Origin: Paracoccaceae bacterium
GTDB taxonomy: Bacteria; Pseudomonadota; Alphaproteobacteria; Rhodobacterales; Rhodobacteraceae
NCBI GenBank assembly: GCA_017852835.1
Contig: JAFMKS010000005.1
Coordinates: 4,449 to 68,448 of the forward strand
Direction of reading: 5' to 3'
Length of the DNA: 64,000 bases
Below the pieces are notes generated by a model. It did no database searches, was not told the origin of the DNA, and saw only the letters and a list, made by a program, of their open reading frames with translations. Position numbers and translations under genes: made by a program. This document shows positions 41,588 to 51,592 of the stretch, piece after piece; positions within the stretch are counted from its first letter, which is position 1; each line of letters begins with the position of its first letter.

Positions 41588-43282
41588 TCAATCTATCAAG
41601 CGACGTGCGATCACTTGGGCCTGAATTTCGGCGGCACCTTCAAAGATGTTCAGAATACGCGCGTCACACAGGATACGGCTGATTGAATATTCAAGCGCGA
41701 AGCCGTTTCCGCCGTGGATTTGTAGCCCGTTGTCCGCGGCAGACCAAGCCACGCGGGCACCCAGCAACTTGGCCATGCCAGCCTCAAGGTCACAGCGACG
41801 CTCATTGTCTTTTTCAAAGGCGCTGAAATATGTCAACTGACGGGCAACTGTGATTTCAACGGCCATCATCGCAAGTTTGTTTGCGACGCGAGGGAAGTTG
41901 ATTAACTCCTTGCCAAATTGTTTGCGGTCCAGGGCATATTGCATTGATACATCTAACGCAGATTGAGCTACACCTACAGCACGCGCCGCTGTTTGAATGC
42001 GTGCGCTTTCGAATGTTTGCATGAGCTGTTTAAAGCCTTTGCCTTCTTCTCCGCCCAAAAGGTTTTCAGACTTTACATGGAAATTGTCGAAACCAAGTTC
42101 GTATTCCTTCATGCCGCGATAACCCAGCACTTCAATCTCACCACCTGTCATCCCTTCGGTTGGGAAGGGTGCTTCGTCCGTGCCTGGAGTTTTTTCAGCC
42201 AAGAACATTGATAGTCCGCGGTGATCTGTGCTGTCAGGGTTTGTACGCGCAAGAAGTGTCATCACATGCGTACGTGCCGCGTGCGTAATCCATGTTTTAT
42301 TGCCAGTGATTTTGTAATCGCCGTTTTCATCTTTCACTGCGCGTGTGCGCAATGCGCCTAGGTCAGAACCAGTGTTTGGTTCGGTAAACACCGCGGTTGG
42401 AAGGATTTCACCACTTGCTAGTTTTGGTAGCCAATTTTCTTTTTGTTCATCCGTACCGCCACAAATGATCAATTCGGCGGCAATTTCTGAGCGCGTGCCT
42501 AATGAGCCAACACCGATGTAGCCCCGTGAAAGTTCTTCGGACACAACCGCCATAGATGCTTTGGTCAGGCCAAAACCACCCAGCTCTTCGGGAATGGTAA
42601 GCCCAAATACACCCAGTTCTGCAAGTTCCTCAATGATTTCCATCGGAATCAATTCGTCATTCAGATGCCATTCATGCGCATGCGGTTCAACTCTATCTAT
42701 AGAAAAACGGCGGAACTGTTCGCGGATCATTTCAAGTTCTTCGTCCAAACCAGACGCGCCAAAAATGACGTTTCCTGCTTGTTCCTGCATCAGTTCTACA
42801 AGGCGCGTGCGCGCTGCTTGTGTGTTGCCGTTCGCGATCAAATTCATCACTGCTGCATTCTGATACTCTTGCTGTGTCGCAGCAGAGATTTTGATGTCAG
42901 GCAGGCGAACAATTTCCCCTTGTGACATTGGGATACCACCAACGACTTGTGCATGATATTCGCCGCATGCGATCTGGTGCAGCAATTGTTCGGCTTCTCC
43001 GAATTCGCCTGCTTCAGTCAGCTTGGTTGCCCAATTTTGCATCTGCCGCATGGATTCGTGATATGTTGCCAACCATGAGAGGCCATGTGCCGCCGCTTGA
43101 TGCTGTTCCATCAAACTCGATGAAATACGTCCATCTTTTGCAACCAATGACTTAACGGTTCCTTTTGCCTCTTTAAGCAATGTGTCCAAGCTTTCCAAAG
43201 CTTGTTGTGTTGTTGCCAATAGGTCAGGCATTACAATGTAGTTTTCTGTCTGCATTGCAGCATTTTGTCCGTCAAGTGCCAT
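41588..43282 (-). CDS. mcd: (2S)-methylsuccinyl-CoA dehydrogenase (ethylmalonyl-CoA pathway)
   Basis: ACAD with N-terminal extension (AAHGLSWLATY, GGIPMSQ), FTEPNTGSD and IFEGAAEIQ, closely resembling Rhodobacter Mcd. Confidence 0.88.
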   Translation of the reverse strand: MALDGQNAAMQTENYIVMPDLLATTQQALESLDTLLKEAKGTVKSLVAKDGRISSSLMEQHQAAAHGLSWLATYHESMRQMQNWATKLTEAGEFGEAEQLLHQIACGEYHAQVVGGIPMSQGEIVRLPDIKISAATQQEYQNAAVMNLIANGNTQAARTRLVELMQEQAGNVIFGASGLDEELEMIREQFRRFSIDRVEPHAHEWHLNDELIPMEIIEELAELGVFGLTIPEELGGFGLTKASMAVVSEELSRGYIGVGSLGTRSEIAAELIICGGTDEQKENWLPKLASGEILPTAVFTEPNTGSDLGALRTRAVKDENGDYKITGNKTWITHAARTHVMTLLARTNPDSTDHRGLSMFLAEKTPGTDEAPFPTEGMTGGEIEVLGYRGMKEYELGFDNFHVKSENLLGGEEGKGFKQLMQTFESARIQTAARAVGVAQSALDVSMQYALDRKQFGKELINFPRVANKLAMMAVEITVARQLTYFSAFEKDNERRCDLEAGMAKLLGARVAWSAADNGLQIHGGNGFALEYSISRILCDARILNIFEGAAEIQAQVIARRLID

Positions 43283-43426
43283 GAGTCAACTCCTTATACA
43301 GTAGCCAGACCCTAGCTATTTCGCAGTTGCAGCGCAACAAAAATACCAACCATGCGTCAAAATTGATCAAAAATTACGTCACGAAATAACACTGGACGCG
43401 ATGTTGCCATATGCTAAACCCGCGCT

Positions 43427-44194
43427 ATGAACGACGCTATTTCCATATTAACGCCTGATCAATGGCTTATCGCCGTCATTGGCGCACTGATCGCGGGATT
43501 GGTCAAAGGTGTGGTTGGTTTTGCGCTCCCGATGGTGATGATTTCAATTCTCGGTTCCGTTGTCTCGCCCGAGCTTGCATTGGCTGGCCTTATTTTACCA
43601 ACACTGGTCACAAATGGGCAACAGGCCCTGCGACAAGGTGCAAGTGCCGCATTGAGCAGTATTGTTAAGTTCCGTGTCTTTATGTTAACGGCGTTGATTG
43701 TGTTGCTCATCAGTGCACAATTGATCCGCGTAATTCCAAACGCCCTTTTCCTTGGAGCAATTGGCGTGATGGTGATAGGCTTTTCACTGTTGCAGCTATC
43801 AGGTCGCCGCATCCCAGTTAAAAAAGAGTCGAAGGTTAGTCATGCGACCATTGGTGCGCTTGCTGGTTTTGTGGGCGGTTTATCTGCGGTATGGGGTCCG
43901 CCAACAGTCGCATATCTGACTGTTATGGATGTCGAAAAGAAAGAGCATATTAGAACCCAAGGCGTCATATATGGCATTGGTGCGCTGGCCCTGACATTTA
44001 GTCATTTATCAACCGGGATATTGAATCTGAACACCCTAATTTATTCTGCGATCTTGGTGCCTGCTGCAATACTTGGCATGCGTCTTGGTCGTATGATCCA
44101 AGACCGAATTGACCAAAGTGTCTTTATGAAGGCGACATTGCTGGTTTTGATGATTGCGGGGGTAAACCTTATACGACGCGCTTTTTTTGTTTAG
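43427..44194 (+). CDS. TauE/SafE (TSUP) family transporter
   Basis: GLVKGVVGFALP and GFVGGLSAVWGPP. Confidence 0.88.
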   Translation: MNDAISILTPDQWLIAVIGALIAGLVKGVVGFALPMVMISILGSVVSPELALAGLILPTLVTNGQQALRQGASAALSSIVKFRVFMLTALIVLLISAQLIRVIPNALFLGAIGVMVIGFSLLQLSGRRIPVKKESKVSHATIGALAGFVGGLSAVWGPPTVAYLTVMDVEKKEHIRTQGVIYGIGALALTFSHLSTGILNLNTLIYSAILVPAAILGMRLGRMIQDRIDQSVFMKATLLVLMIAGVNLIRRAFFV

Positions 44195-44811
44195 CGAGAC
44201 GGCGGAAACAGCGCGTTTGTCATTTTGCAATCTTTGATCACATCTCTGCCATAGGGGACGGGTTGCAATGATTTTGACAAGCACACCCGTGCCTCTTGGA
44301 TGTACCCTTGTCTACAGGTCATGGTAATCATATCGCGTTCCAGAAATGGATTTGATAGTATAAATGCATCCTCGATGACCGATGCGGGAACACGTACTAA
44401 TTCATCAAGACGGTTCAAAAATTTTGGCTGGGTGATGGTGCGATTGGCCGTTCGTGATTTCGCAAAATACTCTTCCGCGCTGAGCCCACTACAGGACCCA
44501 TGCTTTTTCCACTGATGCCAAGCAAGCCCGCTGCTGCCCATAATATCGATCATGTCGCGGGTCATCTTGCGTGATGGGGGACGTTCGGATGTATTACAGT
44601 AAGCGGGTCAACTCTGATGATACTGCGGCCAAAGCCCGTGCAATATCCATTTGTAGTCTTGCTCGACGTCACACTGTCCCGATTGTTTTGCATCGCCTTA
44701 ATTGTCACAAAAACTGGCGGAGCAACTGAGCGAAAGGACATAGTAGTCAAAATCATCCGCCCAAAGTTGAGTTGGGATCAATAAAGTCAGGATCATTGCC
44801 AGATTACGCAT
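44191..44811 (-). pseudogene. Ribonuclease T2 family pseudogene (two in-frame stops)
   Basis: Single frame from ATG 44811: signal peptide, FDYYVLSLS, ILHGLWP (CAS I) and HQWKKHGSC (CAS II); TAA at 44698-44700 and TGA at 44608-44610. Confidence 0.9.
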
Positions 44812-44935
44812 TCGCTCTTTCCTTTCGAAATGAAAGTAGTTATATGAACCTCAAGTTCCCCTACAATGGAAACCGGCCTTACGAAAGGCTACCTGCTTGG
44901 CAGGTGACGGGGAAATTTTGCGAAGGAGAGACATT

Positions 44936-45694
44936 ATGGCCAAACCGATCATGGCACGCGCAACAGCCGTTTGGCTGGTTGACAATACAACACTGACGTT
45001 CAAGCAGATCGCAGATTTCGTCGAAATGCACGAATTAGAGGTGCAGGGCATTGCAGATGGCGATGTTGCTGTCGGGGTTAAGGGTTTTGATCCAATTGCC
45101 AACAACCAATTGGAAGCCGTTGAAATCACCAAAGGCGAGGCAGACCCACTGCACAAGTTGAAACTAAAATTCAACCCGTCTGCCGTTGGTGAAGAAAAGC
45201 GTCGCGGTCCACGTTACACACCGTTGTCAAAGCGTCAGGATCGTCCAGCATCTATTTTGTGGTTGGTCAAATTCCACCCAGAACTGAGCGACGCGCAAAT
45301 TTCGAAACTGATCGGTACAACCAAACCAACAATTCAGGCAATCCGCGAACGGACGCATTGGAACATCGCGAATATCACGCCGATTGATCCAGTGGCCTTG
45401 GGTTTGTGTAAGCAGTCAGAATTGGATCTAGCTGTGCAAAAAGCAGCAGCCAAGAAAGCGGCAGAAGGCACTGTGATGTCCGATGACGAGCGTCGCAAAT
45501 TGGTCAGCACTGAGCAGTCACTTGATATGCCAGCAGAGCCCAAAATACCATCAGCAATCGAAGGGTTAGAGGCGTTTTCATTGAATGATCCGAAGGATGA
45601 TTCTGAAGACTCTGGCGATGACAACGAATATCTTGACGCGGACAGCTTCTTTAATCTGCCGGGTGATGACGGCGACGAACAGCCAGACGTATAA
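44936..45694 (+). CDS. DUF1013 protein (TrcR-like cell-cycle transcription factor)
   Basis: ATAVWLVDNTTLTFKQIA, RGPRYTPLSKRQDRP and IDPVALGLC. Confidence 0.92.
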   Translation: MAKPIMARATAVWLVDNTTLTFKQIADFVEMHELEVQGIADGDVAVGVKGFDPIANNQLEAVEITKGEADPLHKLKLKFNPSAVGEEKRRGPRYTPLSKRQDRPASILWLVKFHPELSDAQISKLIGTTKPTIQAIRERTHWNIANITPIDPVALGLCKQSELDLAVQKAAAKKAAEGTVMSDDERRKLVSTEQSLDMPAEPKIPSAIEGLEAFSLNDPKDDSEDSGDDNEYLDADSFFNLPGDDGDEQPDV

Positions 45695-45701
45695 ATTGAT
45701 G

Positions 45702-45727
45702 AACCCGGCCACTGTGCCGGGTTTTTT
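45702..45727 (+). terminator. Intrinsic terminator after the DUF1013 gene
   Basis: AACCCGGC-CACTGT-GCCGGGTTTTTT. Confidence 0.85.
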
Positions 45728-45733
45728 ATGTCT

Positions 45734-46327
45734 TTAGAATGCCTTGCGTGCACGCAGTGCGGCAGAAATTGTTCCATCGTCTAGGTAGTCAAGTTCACCT
45801 CCGATTGGGACACCCTTCGCAAGCGTGGTGATGTTCACATCGCTTCCCAGCTCATCGGCAATATAATGCGCTGTTGTCTGACCATCGATTGTTGTGTTCA
45901 GGGCTAAGATGACTTCTGAAATGCTCTCGCTTGCAATACGATCCCTTAGTTTCGGAATGCGCAATTCGTCAGGGCCGATGGCGTCCAAGGCGGACAATGT
46001 TCCGCCCAACACATGATAGCGACCATGAAAAACGCCCGCGCGTTCCATTGCCCATAGGTCAGCGACGTCTTCTACGACACAGATTTCACCGTTAGCGCGT
46101 TTCTCGCTATCGCAGATGTCACAAATATCTGTGGTTCCGATATTCCCGCAATTCAGGCACTCACGGGCCGAGGCCGCGACTTGTTGCATTAGGTCAGCAA
46201 GGGGCGCAAGAAGGTAATTTTTCTTGCGCACCATGTGTAAAACGGTGCGGCGCGCTGAACGCGGACCAAGCCCAGGAAGCTTGGCCATAAGATCAATCAA
46301 ATCATGAATATCTTTCGCGCCGCTCAT
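45734..46327 (-). CDS. recR: Recombination protein RecR
   Basis: [11 protein letters not shown]4 zinc finger, YHVLGG and GGELDYLD. Confidence 0.97.
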   Translation of the reverse strand: MSGAKDIHDLIDLMAKLPGLGPRSARRTVLHMVRKKNYLLAPLADLMQQVAASARECLNCGNIGTTDICDICDSEKRANGEICVVEDVADLWAMERAGVFHGRYHVLGGTLSALDAIGPDELRIPKLRDRIASESISEVILALNTTIDGQTTAHYIADELGSDVNITTLAKGVPIGGELDYLDDGTISAALRARKAF

Positions 46328-46331
46328 GCCC

Positions 46332-46676
46332 TTAGAACGGAAGGTTCATTCCAGGAGGCAGCCCAAGGCTTTCCGTGAGTTTTTGCATCTCTTCGCGTTC
46401 ACGATTTGAGGCCTTTTCTTGGGCGTCTTTCACCGCAGCTACGATCAAATCCTCAACGACTTCTTTGTCATCTTTGGAGAAAATGGATGGGTCGATGTCC
46501 AATCCTTTTAAATCACCCTTGGCCGTGCATGTCGCTTTCACCAGTCCTGCCCCTGCTTCGCCCACAACCATAATGTTGTGCATTTCTTCCTGCATCTGCA
46601 CCACTTTCCCCTGCATTTCCTGGGCGTTTTTCATCAATTTTGCCATATCGCCCATGGCGCCTAGACCTTTGAACAT
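46332..46676 (-). CDS. ybaB: YbaB/EbfC nucleoid-associated protein
   Basis: GEAGAGLV and VVEDLIVAA; lies between dnaX and recR. Confidence 0.95.
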   Translation of the reverse strand: MFKGLGAMGDMAKLMKNAQEMQGKVVQMQEEMHNIMVVGEAGAGLVKATCTAKGDLKGLDIDPSIFSKDDKEVVEDLIVAAVKDAQEKASNREREEMQKLTESLGLPPGMNLPF

Positions 46677-46687
46677 GTCTTACTCCG

Positions 46688-48445
46688 TTAACTTTCTTCG
46701 AATGGATCCCATTCGTCTTCTACTTCTGGCAATGCATCCAACTCTGCATCTGCCGTGATTTCCGCAGCAGTGCGTATATTAATGATTTTGGCATTTGGAA
46801 AACTTGCAATTGCGGCCTGCATCAAAGGATGCTGTTGCGCCTCGGCTTTTATGGCGTCTTCTGCTGCGGTCCGATCTTCTGTGATTGTAGCTGCTGTGCC
46901 CATATTCGACAGGATGATCGCCCATCGCGCCCCTGTCCAACGCTGCAACGCACCACCAAGTCGCTGCGATAAATCAGACGGCGCGTCACTTGTAGGCGTA
47001 AATTCGATGCGACCAGGATGATAGGATACCAGCCGGATACAAGATTCGACTTCTACCAGTAATTTCACATCCCGTTGTGATCGTACCAAATCAACCACTG
47101 CATCGAACGTCGCATAATGCGCGAGAGCCGATACCGTTTTTGTTGCGGGTTGTGCGGAACCTAGCGATGCCGTTGGTCCACCCGTTGATGCGGATGTAAC
47201 CATCGTATTGGATTGCGCATTTGTTACTATTCCCGCGCTGACCCCTGATGTCCCACCTGATGGTGGCACTGGAGGGGGGGAAGAGTTTTGTAGTTTTTTA
47301 ATCAATTCTTCGGGTGAGGGTAGGTCAGCAACATGCGTTAGTCGAATGATCGCCATTTCCGCAGCCATAATTGAATTTGGGGCCTGCGCAACTTCGTCCA
47401 ATGCCTTTAGCAACATTTGCCACATGCGTGTCAAAACACGCATCGCCAATTGTTCTGACAATGTTGCGCCACGTGCGCGTTCATCTGGTGAAATGGTTGG
47501 ATCGTCCGCGGCATCAGGTGTGATTTTCACAACCGAAATCCAATGCGTGATTTCGGCCAAATCGCGCATAATTGCCATTGGATCAGCACCGTCGCTGTAT
47601 TGCGCCCCTAATTCGGACAAGGCGGCCGATGCATCACCACGCATAATTGCTTCGAATAAATCCAGAACCCGACCGCGATCGGCCAACCCCAGCATTGCCC
47701 GCACTTGATCAGCGGTTGTTTCGCCCGCACCATGGCTGATTGCCTGATCCAACAAGGATGTCGCGTCCCGCGCTGATCCTTCGGCCGCGCGGGTAATCAA
47801 GGCCAATGCGTCATCAGTGATTTCGGCGGCTTCTGCCGATGCGATTTTGCGCATCAATGCGATCATAACTTCAGGCTCAATACGGCGTAGGTCAAAGCGC
47901 TGACATCGTGAGAGTACCGTGACGGGAACCTTTCGAATTTCTGTGGTCGCAAAGATAAATTTCACATGCGCAGGTGGTTCTTCAAGCGTCTTTAGCAAGG
48001 CATTAAACGCATTGGTCGACAACATGTGAACTTCGTCGATAATGTAAATTTTATATCTGGCAGAGGCCGCGCGATAATGCACACTATCAATAATTTCGCG
48101 GATATCGTCGACACCCGTGCGGCTGGCGGCGTCCATTTCCATAACATCCACATGGCGACCTTCGATTATCGCACTGCAATGTTCACACACGCCGCAGGGG
48201 TCAGTCGTTGGGCCGCCTTGTCCATCAGGGCCAATACAATTCATGCCTTTGGCAATAATGCGCGCGGTTGTGGTTTTACCCGTTCCGCGAATACCCGTCA
48301 TAATAAAAGCCTGCGCAATGCGATCAGCGGCAAATGCGTTTTTCAGGGTGCGCACCATTGCATCCTGACCAACCAAATCGGCAAAGGTTTCTGGTCGGTA
48401 TTTCCGCGCAAGAACCTGATAGCTTTGGTTGGTGGTGTCAGACAT
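46688..48445 (-). CDS. dnaX: DNA polymerase III subunit gamma/tau
   Basis: LARKYRP, GIRGTGKTT, IDEVHML and SRCQRF. Confidence 0.98.
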   Translation of the reverse strand: MSDTTNQSYQVLARKYRPETFADLVGQDAMVRTLKNAFAADRIAQAFIMTGIRGTGKTTTARIIAKGMNCIGPDGQGGPTTDPCGVCEHCSAIIEGRHVDVMEMDAASRTGVDDIREIIDSVHYRAASARYKIYIIDEVHMLSTNAFNALLKTLEEPPAHVKFIFATTEIRKVPVTVLSRCQRFDLRRIEPEVMIALMRKIASAEAAEITDDALALITRAAEGSARDATSLLDQAISHGAGETTADQVRAMLGLADRGRVLDLFEAIMRGDASAALSELGAQYSDGADPMAIMRDLAEITHWISVVKITPDAADDPTISPDERARGATLSEQLAMRVLTRMWQMLLKALDEVAQAPNSIMAAEMAIIRLTHVADLPSPEELIKKLQNSSPPPVPPSGGTSGVSAGIVTNAQSNTMVTSASTGGPTASLGSAQPATKTVSALAHYATFDAVVDLVRSQRDVKLLVEVESCIRLVSYHPGRIEFTPTSDAPSDLSQRLGGALQRWTGARWAIILSNMGTAATITEDRTAAEDAIKAEAQQHPLMQAAIASFPNAKIINIRTAAEITADAELDALPEVEDEWDPFEES

Positions 48446-48521
48446 GGGACCTCGGTATTTCGCTCTTGTCTAAGCTACGCTGCGATCGTTAGAACGTCCA
48501 GAGCAATGTGTGAGGTTGGAC

Positions 48522-49010
48522 ATGAGCGAATTTGAAATTTCTGAATTGTCTTTTGGGGCGGGGATAATTGGGATGTCGCCGCTGCCCGGGGCCAAGGGGG
48601 ATTATGCCACCGAAATGGCGTCGTGGTTACAATGGAAACCCGATGCTGTTCTATCCATGACAGGTCAGGCCGAGATGAAGAAATTGGGTTCTGCGGATAT
48701 TCCTGATGATCTACGCAATGCAAATATCCAATGGCTGCATTTTCCAGTTGATGACTTTCAGGCAGCACCAGCGGATCGCGATGTCCTATGGGTCCCAGTT
48801 TCACAAACATTGCACCGGATTTTGAACGCAGGTGGTCGCATGATTGTGCATTGTCGGGGTGGATGTGGTCGCACAGGAATGGCAGTTTTGCGTCTGATGG
48901 TCGAGGCAGGGGAAGAGGGCGAAAGCGCGATGAAAAGGTTGCGCGCCGTTCGACCATGCGCGGTTGAAACCAGTCGTCAAAAAGATTGGGCATTACGGGG
49001 GCAAAGGTGA
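48522..49010 (+). CDS. Dual-specificity/protein-tyrosine phosphatase family protein
   Basis: HFPVDD, P-loop HCRGGCGRT and ETSRQ. Confidence 0.88.
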   Translation: MSEFEISELSFGAGIIGMSPLPGAKGDYATEMASWLQWKPDAVLSMTGQAEMKKLGSADIPDDLRNANIQWLHFPVDDFQAAPADRDVLWVPVSQTLHRILNAGGRMIVHCRGGCGRTGMAVLRLMVEAGEEGESAMKRLRAVRPCAVETSRQKDWALRGQR

Positions 49011-49102
49011 GAGGCTGACAACGACCCAAGCGGGGCTCGTTACGGCTGCTTCCTTCCGGACCTGACCGGGTTGGCGAGGCGCTCGCCCGCGCCAACCTCT
49101 CG
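49006..49102 (-). ncRNA. ffs: Signal recognition particle RNA (4.5S)
   Basis: Minus strand CCGGTCAGGTCCGGAAGGAAGCAGCCG core with GAGAGGTTGGC/GTCAGCCTCTC closing stem; near dnaX. Confidence 0.95.
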
Positions 49103-49209
49103 ATGGGCTACTTAGAGGCTTGGCCAAATAATTGCAAGACTACGAAAATGCGTTGATTGTGCTAGCTCTGCGTGCGAGTCCTACTCGGACGACGACTTAT
49201 AGGAAAAAA

Positions 49210-50160
49210 ATGAAACTAGCAGAAACAGTCACATTTGGTGGATCTGGATTGGATCGCGCGGCACACCTTCGCGGCAATCTGCCAGAAACGGATATGTCAA
49301 AAAGACAATCCATTGTCATCTGGCGTGGCAAGGTTTTGGTTGTGAATAAAGATAACCCTTATCTTGCGATGCTTTCATCTACGCATCCCATCCTCGCCGA
49401 CGCGCCGCAAATATTTTTGGGCTGTGACACTAAAACGATGCTTTTTGCAACCGATATTTCCAATTGGGAACCGCCATCCGATCAAGAGGCGCAATCGCTT
49501 GGGTTCTTTGATCCGACCGAACAGCGTCATCCTAATTTACCAGCATCGCATGTGTTTCTTGAGTTACGTGGATGCATGAATTCTCTAAGTGCGCGAGATT
49601 GTGAATTGGCGGCAACAGCAAGGGCGTTGTTTCAATGGCACCAAAGCCATAAATTCTGTTCGCGTTGTGGCGGTCGCAGCGCGATGACGCAGTCGGGGTG
49701 GCAGCGAAACTGCAACGATTGTAAAGCATCACACTTTCCGCGTACTGATCCGGTTGTGATCATGTTGATCACCCATGGGGATGACATTTTGCTTGGGCGT
49801 TCACCAAATTTTCCCGAAAAAATGTATTCTCTGCTGGCCGGATTTTTAGAACCAGGTGAAACGATTGAAGCCGCCGTTCGCCGTGAAGTTTTGGAAGAGA
49901 CGAATGTGGAAGTCGGTCCTGTGACGTATCTTGCCAGCCAACCATGGGCATTTCCAAATTCACTGATGATCGGGTGCCACGGACATGCAACATCCAAGCA
50001 GATTACAATCGACCCGCACGAAATCGAAGATGCACTTTGGATTTCAAAATCTGAGATGATGGATGTGTTTGCGGGTACAAACGACACTCTTTTCCCCGCG
50101 CGCCCAGGATCAATTGCGCATTTTTTAATAAAAAACTGGCTTGCAGATCGCTTGGACTAG
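49210..50160 (+). CDS. nudC: NAD(H) diphosphatase
   Basis: FCSRCG, FPRTDPVVI, Nudix box GETIEAAVRREVLEE and SQPW. Confidence 0.95.
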   Translation: MKLAETVTFGGSGLDRAAHLRGNLPETDMSKRQSIVIWRGKVLVVNKDNPYLAMLSSTHPILADAPQIFLGCDTKTMLFATDISNWEPPSDQEAQSLGFFDPTEQRHPNLPASHVFLELRGCMNSLSARDCELAATARALFQWHQSHKFCSRCGGRSAMTQSGWQRNCNDCKASHFPRTDPVVIMLITHGDDILLGRSPNFPEKMYSLLAGFLEPGETIEAAVRREVLEETNVEVGPVTYLASQPWAFPNSLMIGCHGHATSKQITIDPHEIEDALWISKSEMMDVFAGTNDTLFPARPGSIAHFLIKNWLADRLD

Positions 50161-50190
50161 GGTATTCAGAGTTGGAGAGCCGGGACGAGT

Positions 50191-50656
50191 ATGAAGTTTT
50201 CAGCGCAAGAAGATTTAAAACTGCCGTAGGCTGAGGTGTTTGCGCGCCTTTCTAATTTCGAAACATTTGAACATATTGCAATTAAACGCAATGTTCGCGT
50301 GTCGCAGATTTCGCAAAGCAATCCAAACGAAGGAAGATACCCTAGGTTGGAATTGCCGCTTTAAGGTCCGTGGCCGTCAGCGCGATGTTGAAATTCGCTT
50401 GATCGAATTTTATAAACCAAACAGCATGAAGTTTCATGCGGTAAACCCTGCATTGCATGCACGATTTGAAATTGAAGTCATTCCACTGTCTCGGGTGCAA
50501 ACACGCATACAAGTTGTGTCCGTGCTCGAGTTCAAAACGCTGGCTGCACACTTGTTGGTTCAGTCCATGAAGCTCGCCCGTTCAAAGTTTAATCAGCGCT
50601 TCAAATCCCGCGTTGGTAAATTGGCGGAATTCATTTCGCGAATGCCTGCCGCCTAA
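50191..50656 (+). pseudogene. SRPBCC-like protein pseudogene (nonsense plus frameshift)
   Basis: MKFSAQEDLKLP*AEVFARLSNFETFE (TAG 50227-50229), shift near 50330, then GWNCRFKVRGRQR...LLVQSMKLARS. Confidence 0.75.
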
Positions 50657-51483
50657 CCGCGCAGGGGGCTAGCAGGATATACGCCTAATATTTTGATCGA
50701 ATCCGTAAAATAGGCGAGTTCTTCTAGCGCCAATTTTACATTTGGATCGTCTGGGTGCCCCTCAATATCAGCGTAAAACTGGGTCGCCGTAAATGAACCA
50801 CCAACCATATAGCTTTCCAGTTTTGTCATGTTGACACCATTTGTCGCAAAACCGCCCATCGCCTTATACAACGCCGCTGGAATATTGCGCACTTGAAATA
50901 CAAATGTGGTTAGCATCGTATCCGCGCGGCGTTCATGATTTAGTTCGGTCGACATGACCAAGAAACGCGTGGTGTTGTGACCATGATCTTCGATATTGCG
51001 GGCAAGGACGTTTAATCCGTAAATATCGGCGGCAATTTCGCTTGCCATTACAGCGACATCCGTTTCGCCAGAGGCGGCCAGCTCTGCTGCCGCACCTGCA
51101 CTATCAACAGCGGTTTTCGCGCGAATGCTGTGTTCGTCCAAGAATTTTTGCGCCTGCGGCAGTAGAACCAGATGCGCACGCGCAACTTTTACGTCTGACA
51201 AGGAAACCCCTTGGTTTGCCATCATCGAAATCCGCACGCGTGTGAAAGTTTCATCGATAATGTGTAGACCGCTTTCGGGTAGCAATCGGTGAATATCTGC
51301 CACGCGCCCGTACGTCGAATTTTCGACGGGAAGCATTGCATATTCGGCTTGTCCAGAGTTCACCGCAGCGATTACTTGATCGAACGTTTTACAGGCCAAA
51401 GGCTCTAAATCTGGTCGCGCAGCATTGCACGCTTCGTGGCTGTACGCGCCTAATGCGCCTTGGAATGCAATTTTTTTCGTCAT
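50653..51483 (-). CDS. pheA: Prephenate dehydratase
   Basis: IAFQGALGAYS, PVENS, NTTRF and NMTKLESY. Confidence 0.95.
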   Translation of the reverse strand: MTKKIAFQGALGAYSHEACNAARPDLEPLACKTFDQVIAAVNSGQAEYAMLPVENSTYGRVADIHRLLPESGLHIIDETFTRVRISMMANQGVSLSDVKVARAHLVLLPQAQKFLDEHSIRAKTAVDSAGAAAELAASGETDVAVMASEIAADIYGLNVLARNIEDHGHNTTRFLVMSTELNHERRADTMLTTFVFQVRNIPAALYKAMGGFATNGVNMTKLESYMVGGSFTATQFYADIEGHPDDPNVKLALEELAYFTDSIKILGVYPASPLRG

Positions 51484-51592
51484 TTTCTTATTTTTTTCTC
51501 TAACTGCGTCGTTTGGATGCATTTGTACACCTTGCATAAGCAGTAGGAAAGCGGATAGATACCGCGCAAACAGTAGCAGATGGAATGTGGCT

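Noticed and set aside
44608-44610. In-frame TGA at a likely Trp position, suggesting UGA=Trp recoding
   Set aside because: The same gene also has an in-frame TAA, other pseudogenes have TAG/TAA, and intact genes (uraH, yejB, yejE, zur) end in TGA.
47270-47302. A6 and C7 runs in dnaX after domain III as a programmed gamma/tau frameshift site
   Set aside because: The codon phase (ATT AAA AAA CTA) is not an X XXY YYZ slippery heptamer, and there is no immediate -1 stop or obvious stimulatory hairpin.
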